Shown here: positions 58,320-64,000 of the stretch, one piece after another
Layout: each line of letters begins with the position of its first letter
Position numbering within the stretch: position 1 is the first letter of the stretch
Source: Acidimicrobiales bacterium
GTDB lineage: Bacteria > Actinomycetota > Acidimicrobiia > Acidimicrobiales > CATQHL01
NCBI GenBank assembly: GCA_965237375.1
Contig: CBDEFI010000006.1
Location: forward strand, 736,610-800,609
Reading direction: 5' to 3'
DNA: 64,000 bases
Translations under genes and position numbers: made by a program
The notes under the pieces: generated by a model
Database searches by the model: none
Seen by the model: only the letters and a program-made list of their open reading frames with translations
What the model was told of the DNA's origin: nothing

Positions 58320-59342
58320 CTAACGCTCGCGCCGCTCGCGCATGCTCAGGGCCACGGCCACGACGATGATGACCCCGCGGGCGATCATCTGGTCGGCCAC
58401 CCGGAGGCCCATGAGGATGAGGCCGTTGTTGAGCATCGCCATGATGGCCGCCCCGGTCACGGCCCCTGCCACCGATCCGCGGCCACCGAACAGGCTCGTC
58501 CCGCCGATGACCACGGCCGCGATCACGGTCAGCAGATCGTTCTCGCCGAGGTCGTGGCGGCCGATGGCCAGCCGCCCGGCCAGCAGCACCCCGGCGAAGG
58601 CCGCCGTTGTGGCGCTGGCGACCAGGGCGCCGATGCGGACGCGGTCGGTGCGGATGCCGAGCAACGTGGCCGCATCCCGGTTGGCGCCGGTCGCCAGAAC
58701 GTGTCGCCCCCAGCGCAGGTGGCGCAGCGTCACGTGCCCCACGACCAGCGCCACCGCCGTCCAGATCAGCAGTGACGACACGGGGCCGGCCGACCCGGCG
58801 CCGAACAGCGCAGAGAAGGTGTCGTTGCGGATGGGGTACGACTGCAGGTTGTTCATGTTGCGGGCGATCCCGCTGATGACCCCGAGCATCCCCAGCGTCA
58901 CCAGGAACGACGGGATGCGAACCTTCACCGAGATGATTCCGTTGAGGAGCCCCGCGGCAACGCCGACCCCCACGGCGGCCAGCGCGCCCGCCAGGAACCC
59001 TGCGGCGGTGACCACCTCGGCCGCCACGAGGGACGACAGCGCCACCACCGACCCCACCGACAGGTCGATCTCCGCCGCCGCCAGGGCGAACGTCATCCCC
59101 ACCGCCATCACCGCGATGGGCGCCGCCTGCCGGCCGATGTTGAGCAGGTTCGCCGAACTCAGGAACCCGTCGTCGTGGAGGATGGCGGCGAAGACCGCCA
59201 GGATGAGGGCGAACGCCAGATAGACGACGTACTGCCGGAGATCGCCGTCGAGGCGCCGGCGAGCCCGGCGGCCGCCCGAGGGAGGCGGCCGGCGGGCGCG
59301 CCGGGCTCTGATCCGGCTCACGAGGGCGATCTTCGCTCCCAC
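58320..59342 (-). CDS. Sugar ABC transporter permease (RbsC-type)
   Basis: IDLSVGS, IPSFLVTLG, WGRHVLATGAN, AAVVIGGTSLFGG. Confidence 0.92.
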   Translation of the reverse strand: MGAKIALVSRIRARRARRPPPSGGRRARRRLDGDLRQYVVYLAFALILAVFAAILHDDGFLSSANLLNIGRQAAPIAVMAVGMTFALAAAEIDLSVGSVVALSSLVAAEVVTAAGFLAGALAAVGVGVAAGLLNGIISVKVRIPSFLVTLGMLGVISGIARNMNNLQSYPIRNDTFSALFGAGSAGPVSSLLIWTAVALVVGHVTLRHLRWGRHVLATGANRDAATLLGIRTDRVRIGALVASATTAAFAGVLLAGRLAIGRHDLGENDLLTVIAAVVIGGTSLFGGRGSVAGAVTGAAIMAMLNNGLILMGLRVADQMIARGVIIVVAVALSMRERRER

Positions 59343-59360
59343 AGACGTGGGATCAGCCGA

Positions 59361-60668
59361 TCACCCGAGAGCGTCGAGGACGACCTGTGGCGGGTCGGTT
59401 GCCAGGGACTGCCGATAGGCCTCGACAATATTGTCCGCCGTGGCCGCGATGGCAGGCACGACCACGAACGCCGGGGCGGGTTTGCCCAGTAGTCCGTAGG
59501 CGCCCTCCACCGCCATGGTGCGGCCAAGGTCGTAGGCCTCGTCCGCGGCGATGCCGACGACGTTGCCTCCCTCCACCAGGTCCAGAGAGACGTTGGTGTC
59601 GAGATCGAGGGTCACCACCGCCACGTCGCCGGCGCCTGCGGCGCGCAACGCGGCCAGGACGCCGTCGGCGGGACCGGCCGACCAGGGGGCGTAGATGCCG
59701 TCGAGGTCGGGGTAGCGGATCAGCAACGTCGAGGCGATCTCCTCGGCCGCTGCGGGATCGGCAAGGCCCTGCTCGGCGACGATCTCCATGCCGGGGTAGT
59801 TCCCCTCGATCCAGGCCTTGAACGCCTGGTCGCGCTGGTTGGTGACGTAGTAGGGGGCGTCGTGGAAGATGAATCCCACCTCACCCTCGCCGCCGAGAGC
59901 GTCCGCCAGCAGATCCGCCGCGGCGATTCCCATGGCGGCCAGGTCATCGGTCACCAGACCCACGTAGTCAACCCCCTGCACGTACCCCTCGGGGACGTTG
60001 CTGAGGAACACGAGCTGCACGCCTGCGTCGGTGGCGGGGCGGAACGCCTCGGCCCCGGAGACCGGGTCGATCACCAGGCTGATGATGATGTCGGGGCTCT
60101 GCGCCATGACCGTCTCCACGTCGTTGGCCTGTTGGGCGGCGTCGAAGGAGGCATTGGTCTCGGCGATCACCTCGATTCCGAGGTCGGCAAAGGCGTCGCG
60201 GGCGCCCTGGCTCACGGCGTCGGTGAAGGCTCCCGCCGTGTGCCACAGCAGTGCCGCGGTGTAGTTCCCGGCTCGCACCTCATCGGCCTCGGCGTCGGTG
60301 AGACTGATCTCGGCCGACGACGTGGCCTCCTCACCTCCCGGCCCCTGCGTCACCGGCGCCTCGAAGGCGGGCGCAGGCGGCGGCTCGGGTGCCGGCGGTG
60401 GCGGCTCGGGTGCCGGTGCAGGCAGCTCGGGTGCCGGTGCAGGCAGCTCGGGTGCCGGTGCAGGCGGCTCGGGCGCGGGCGCCGGTGGCTCCGGCTCCGG
60501 CGCGGGTGGCGGTGGTTCGGGCGTCGACTCCGGAGCCGGCGCGGGTGCGGGCTGTGGGGCCGACGTACCGGAGTCGTCATCCCCCCCACAGGCTCCGGCG
60601 AGCAGGCCGAGTGTGGCCAGCAGCGCGACAGCCGTCAGCAGTCGCAGTCTTGTTGGTTTCGCTTTCAT
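59361..60668 (-). CDS. Sugar ABC transporter substrate-binding lipoprotein with Pro-rich linker
   Basis: Lipobox LAGAC; 21-bp PEP/LPAPA tandem repeats at ~60380-60500; periplasmic binding protein type I pattern. Confidence 0.88.
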   Translation of the reverse strand: MKAKPTRLRLLTAVALLATLGLLAGACGGDDDSGTSAPQPAPAPAPESTPEPPPPAPEPEPPAPAPEPPAPAPELPAPAPELPAPAPEPPPPAPEPPPAPAFEAPVTQGPGGEEATSSAEISLTDAEADEVRAGNYTAALLWHTAGAFTDAVSQGARDAFADLGIEVIAETNASFDAAQQANDVETVMAQSPDIIISLVIDPVSGAEAFRPATDAGVQLVFLSNVPEGYVQGVDYVGLVTDDLAAMGIAAADLLADALGGEGEVGFIFHDAPYYVTNQRDQAFKAWIEGNYPGMEIVAEQGLADPAAAEEIASTLLIRYPDLDGIYAPWSAGPADGVLAALRAAGAGDVAVVTLDLDTNVSLDLVEGGNVVGIAADEAYDLGRTMAVEGAYGLLGKPAPAFVVVPAIAATADNIVEAYRQSLATDPPQVVLDALG

Positions 60669-60677
60669 TCACCCCTC

Positions 60678-61970
60678 CTAAACAGGTGTTGTCCGCAGCT
60701 TCTGTACCCCGCACCACGACGCCACGAAGTGGGCCAGGCTGCGGGTGGCAGAAATCAGTTCGTCGATCTCGAGACGCTCGAAGGGCGTATGACAGTTGGC
60801 GATGTCGCCCGGCGCGAAGTAGACGCCGGGGATACCCAGGGCACGCAGGAACGGCTTCTCCGACCAGTAGGGGGCGCCCGCGATGCGCGCCGCCCGACCG
60901 GTGGTCGCCTCGATGGACCGGCTCAGCTCCGTGACGCCGGGGTGGTCGGCGGAGATCTCGTCGGGGGAGCCCCCGACGGCGTGATCCCGCGGCGCGGTGA
61001 AGGCCACCTCGGCCGCCACCCTGTGCCGCTCGGCCACCTGCTCGGCTATCGCAGCGATCGCCGCCGCGGCCTCGTCGAGGCTCTCCCCCGGCAGGATCTT
61101 GCGGATCAGCGACAGCTCGAACCGGCCCGGCACGGCGATGTTGCCGCCTGCCGAGACGCTGGTGACCAGAAGGAACGCCTCGCCCAGCAGTTCGTGGCCT
61201 CCCCGGGAGCCGATCTGCTCGGAGTGCCGCCACAGCTCCGTCAGCAATGTGTGCCCGGCGCGCAGCGCGTCCACGCCCAGCTCGGGGGTGCCGAAGTAGG
61301 CCGACCGGCCCACGAGAGCGATCTCGGCAATGAGGAAACCCATCTGGGCCGTGTAGACCGCGGAGGTGGTGGGTTCGGTGTAGATGGCGAAGTCGGCGGG
61401 TGGATCAGCCTGTGGATCCGGCCCGGCCGCGTCGATCTCGAACACGTCGCGCACCGCCGCCCGCATGCCGGCCGACACGCCGCTGTCCGGCTGCCCCGAT
61501 TCCTCGTCGCACACGAATAGGGCGGTGACCGGACCGGCAGGCCGGTGGCCGGTGCGCTCCACGGCGCGCAAGGCCTCGATGACCGCGCAGATACCCGCCT
61601 TCTGGTCTGCCACCCCGCGGCCCCAGATCTCGCCGTCGATGACGTGCGCCCCGTACGGATCGGCGCGGTCGGTTCCCTCCCACTCCCGGCGCCAGTCGTC
61701 GGCAGCCACCGTGTCCAGGTGCCCGGCCAGCACGACGGAGCGGCCCCTGCCGCTCGGCTCGCCGGCGAAGGAATACACGTTGGGGCGGCCCGGCGCCACG
61801 TGGCTGCTGCGCACCTCGTCCCAGCCCCCGGCGGCGAGCTGACTCTGCACCCAGGCCGCGAACTCCGCCTCATCGCCGGTGACACTGGCAATCCCGGTGG
61901 CACTGCACACGAGATCCACCAGGCCGTCGGCATCGACGGCGTCGGCGACGGCCGCGGCCACGTCACTCAC
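60678..61970 (-). CDS. M20 family amidohydrolase (ArgE/DapE-like)
   Basis: GHLDTV, GRGVADQK, DEE, EPT, CHTPFE metal-ligand motifs. Confidence 0.88.
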   Translation of the reverse strand: MSDVAAAVADAVDADGLVDLVCSATGIASVTGDEAEFAAWVQSQLAAGGWDEVRSSHVAPGRPNVYSFAGEPSGRGRSVVLAGHLDTVAADDWRREWEGTDRADPYGAHVIDGEIWGRGVADQKAGICAVIEALRAVERTGHRPAGPVTALFVCDEESGQPDSGVSAGMRAAVRDVFEIDAAGPDPQADPPADFAIYTEPTTSAVYTAQMGFLIAEIALVGRSAYFGTPELGVDALRAGHTLLTELWRHSEQIGSRGGHELLGEAFLLVTSVSAGGNIAVPGRFELSLIRKILPGESLDEAAAAIAAIAEQVAERHRVAAEVAFTAPRDHAVGGSPDEISADHPGVTELSRSIEATTGRAARIAGAPYWSEKPFLRALGIPGVYFAPGDIANCHTPFERLEIDELISATRSLAHFVASWCGVQKLRTTPV

Positions 61971-63184
61971 CGGCGAACCCCCCGGGCATCCCGGCCGTCC
62001 AGGGCCTGCTCCACCAGCGAGTCGCGCAGCGAGCGCCTGGCGAGCGACAGCGCCCCGAGGAACGTGGCTCGCCGGCCCAGGGTCGAGGGGGTCAGTTCGG
62101 GCGGGCGCGGGAGGAGGCCGTCGAGCTCGCCGGCGACCGCGTCCACGAAGGCGGGGTTGGCGCCGACGCCGCCGCCGAACACGATCAGCGCGGGGTCGTT
62201 GATGAGACACAGGTGCGTCACCGCGTACGCCATGGCGCCGGCGGCCTGCGACAGGGCGTAGCCGGCCGCCTCGTCACCGGTGGCGGCCGCGGCAAAGATG
62301 TCCGCCACCTCCGCGCCGGGCTCCAGCGCCGAGGTTCGACCGTTCCCCACCGCCGCACTGAAGATCCTCCGAATCGCCGACGCGGAGGCGACGTCCTCGA
62401 GCGTGGCGGGGGGCCCGCCGTCGGCTGTCGGGCTCGCCACCGGCAGGATCAGCGAGCCCAGCTCGCCGGCGGCGCCGGTGCCGCCCCGGTAGATCTCGCC
62501 GCCGATGATGAGCCCGGTACCGATGCCGGTGCCGATGGAGACGGCGGCGAAGTCGGTGTGGCCGGTGCCGGCGTCCGCTTCGCCCACTGCTGCCAGGTTG
62601 ACGTCGTTGTCGATCCGCACGGGCACGCCGAGGCGCTCCGACAGGTACCCGCCGATGCTCAGGCCGTCGAAGCCGGCCAGGTTGAGGGCCATCTCCACAC
62701 TGTCGGTGTCGGAGCGATACACCCCTGGCACGCCGACGCACGCGGCCCGGAGCCGTTCGGAGCCGCCGGCACAGTCGTCGAGTAGCCGGAATGCCGTCTC
62801 GACCACCGCGTCGGCGGCGGCGGTGGCGTCGGGACCGGTTTCGAGCATCTCCTCGGCCACCGGGCGACCCAGCAGGTCGGCCACGCCAACGATGATCTTC
62901 GTGGCGCCGATGTCGGCCCCCACGACGAGGCTCGCCTCCGGCACGATCTCGTAGAGCGCCGCGGGACGGCCGATCCCTCCGGTGGGGCTGCCGGGATCGG
63001 CCAGCCGCACCAGCCCGGCGGCTTCCAGGTCGCCGACCAGGGCCGAGACAGTGGGCTTCGACAGACCCGTGGCTCGGGCCACGTCGGCCCGGGAGATGCG
63101 CCCCGGCGCCGCGTCCAGCACGGTGTCCACGATCTTCCGGCTGTTGATCAGCCGAAGCAGACTCGAGTCCGAACGCCCGCGCAT
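61967..63184 (-). CDS. ROK family transcriptional regulator
   Basis: SRADVARATGLSKPTVS HTH, GRPA, DIGATK, DNDVN, GTGIG, AGELG. Confidence 0.92.
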   Translation of the reverse strand: MRGRSDSSLLRLINSRKIVDTVLDAAPGRISRADVARATGLSKPTVSALVGDLEAAGLVRLADPGSPTGGIGRPAALYEIVPEASLVVGADIGATKIIVGVADLLGRPVAEEMLETGPDATAAADAVVETAFRLLDDCAGGSERLRAACVGVPGVYRSDTDSVEMALNLAGFDGLSIGGYLSERLGVPVRIDNDVNLAAVGEADAGTGHTDFAAVSIGTGIGTGLIIGGEIYRGGTGAAGELGSLILPVASPTADGGPPATLEDVASASAIRRIFSAAVGNGRTSALEPGAEVADIFAAAATGDEAAGYALSQAAGAMAYAVTHLCLINDPALIVFGGGVGANPAFVDAVAGELDGLLPRPPELTPSTLGRRATFLGALSLARRSLRDSLVEQALDGRDARGVRR

Positions 63185-63220
63185 AGTTCGTCAGTCTAAC
63201 TTACTAACTAATCCTGTCAA
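63184..63220 (-). promoter_or_regulatory. Sigma70-type promoter overlapped by a ROK-like operator
   Basis: TTGACA-16 nt-TAGACT on the minus strand; inverted repeat TAGTTAGTAAG-N5-CTGACGAACTA (9/11 match) covers the -10. Confidence 0.7.
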
Positions 63221-63550
63221 GTTCCCCCGTCAGACACGCGTGCTACGTGTCGTCGGCCGGACGCTCGCTCTACGGCGTGATCTCGGACCGCACTCCGCGC
63301 ATGTCCATCTCAAAGTTGAGACCGCGGACCGAGGGCCGCTTCCAACGAGCGGCCCAGCTGAGATTGGCGCGGCGGCACGACAGCGGCACGACAGCATGAT
63401 TCCCGCTCATGCCAGACCGAACGAGACACGATCGCTGGACTCGGGTTCAGCAAAGGGGCCACGTTTGGACGCTCGGAACCATTCGCTCTAGACTGCGGCG
63501 GACTTCCTTGGGGGAAGGCCCTACCAGGCTGTGACAGGAAAGGACTTGTA

Positions 63551-64000
63551 GTGAAACTACACAAACATACTCGAACGCCACTGATTGCACTTCTTGCCAT
63601 CCTTGCGTTGATCGCCGCCGCCTGCGGCGACGACGCAGAAACCTCGGCCCCGGCCGAGCCACCGGCACCTGCGCCCGCCGAACCACCGGCACCTGCGCCC
63701 CCCGAACCACCGGCACCTGCGCCCCCCGAACCACCGGCGGACGAGGGGATCTCGTTCGGCTTGGCACTCGGCGGACCGCGCAACGACCAGGCGTACTTCC
63801 AGAGCGTGTACGAGGGCGTCGTCGCCTACGGCGGCAACCCGTCGATCGTTGACAATCTCGCTGGCGACGAGACCGCAGCGGGCGACGCGATCCGCAACCT
63901 CACCGAGGAGCACGATCTCGTGGTCATCGACATCACCATCTTCGGATCAGTGGTGCCCGTCGCCGAGGAGAACCCCGACACCACATACATCATCACGTCA
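63551..64000 (+). CDS. Partial BMP-family ABC substrate-binding lipoprotein
   Basis: AGGAAAGGA RBS, signal peptide with IAAAC lipobox, 24-bp EPPAPAPP repeats, GPRNDQAYFQSVYEG; runs off window. Confidence 0.75.
   Translation, partial: MKLHKHTRTPLIALLAILALIAAACGDDAETSAPAEPPAPAPAEPPAPAPPEPPAPAPPEPPADEGISFGLALGGPRNDQAYFQSVYEGVVAYGGNPSIVDNLAGDETAAGDAIRNLTEEHDLVVIDITIFGSVVPVAEENPDTTYIITS

Noticed and set aside
60380-60500. Pro-rich tandem repeats here and at 63650-63740 as a novel repeat system
   Set aside because: Ordinary flexible linkers after lipoprotein lipoboxes.
63230-63540. Possible riboswitch upstream of the BMP lipoprotein
   Set aside because: No recognisable aptamer consensus, and a TAGACT -10-like box near 63489 implies a short leader; an Rfam/Infernal scan would settle it.

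Overview
High-GC actinobacterial chromosome segment. Gene content (kgd, nucS, uvrD2, murT/gatD, pckG, pyc, PIG-L deacetylase, frequent leaderless TANNNT promoters) fits Actinomycetota, most plausibly Acidimicrobiia; this is inferred, not searched. Layout: (1) core block coaD-rsmD-GNAT-recG-DAK2, pckG and small genes (1-12.4 kb); (2) a decaying LacI-linked catabolic cluster with deletion-scar pseudogenes (12.4-17.4 kb); (3) uvrD2 and pyc; (4) a ~14.5 kb accessory island of toxin-antitoxin and defence-type genes (two AAA_14/DUF4143-like ATPases, Fe-S PD-(D/E)XK nuclease, AlbA_2/Schlafen-HATPase-HTH, two single-chain MNT-HEPN genes, two vapBC pairs, a duplicated uncharacterised gene, ISL3 scrap); (5) frameshifted antiporter, xth, kgd, P450, murT-gatD-cysQ-nucS, VanW, a reductase and a methyltransferase-MUG glycosylase fusion; (6) a ROK-regulated ABC operon with an M20 hydrolase, a YhfX-like PLP enzyme and nagB. 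The most striking signal is that many co-directional intra-operon spacers, including a 65-bp tandem array, a gene-junction duplication and REP-like insertions, are exactly bridged by chains of mini-ORFs that overlap the upstream stop and the downstream start (a MIRU-like translational relay). No rRNA, tRNA, CRISPR array, integrase or reverse transcriptase was recognised. All family calls come from motif recognition by eye.
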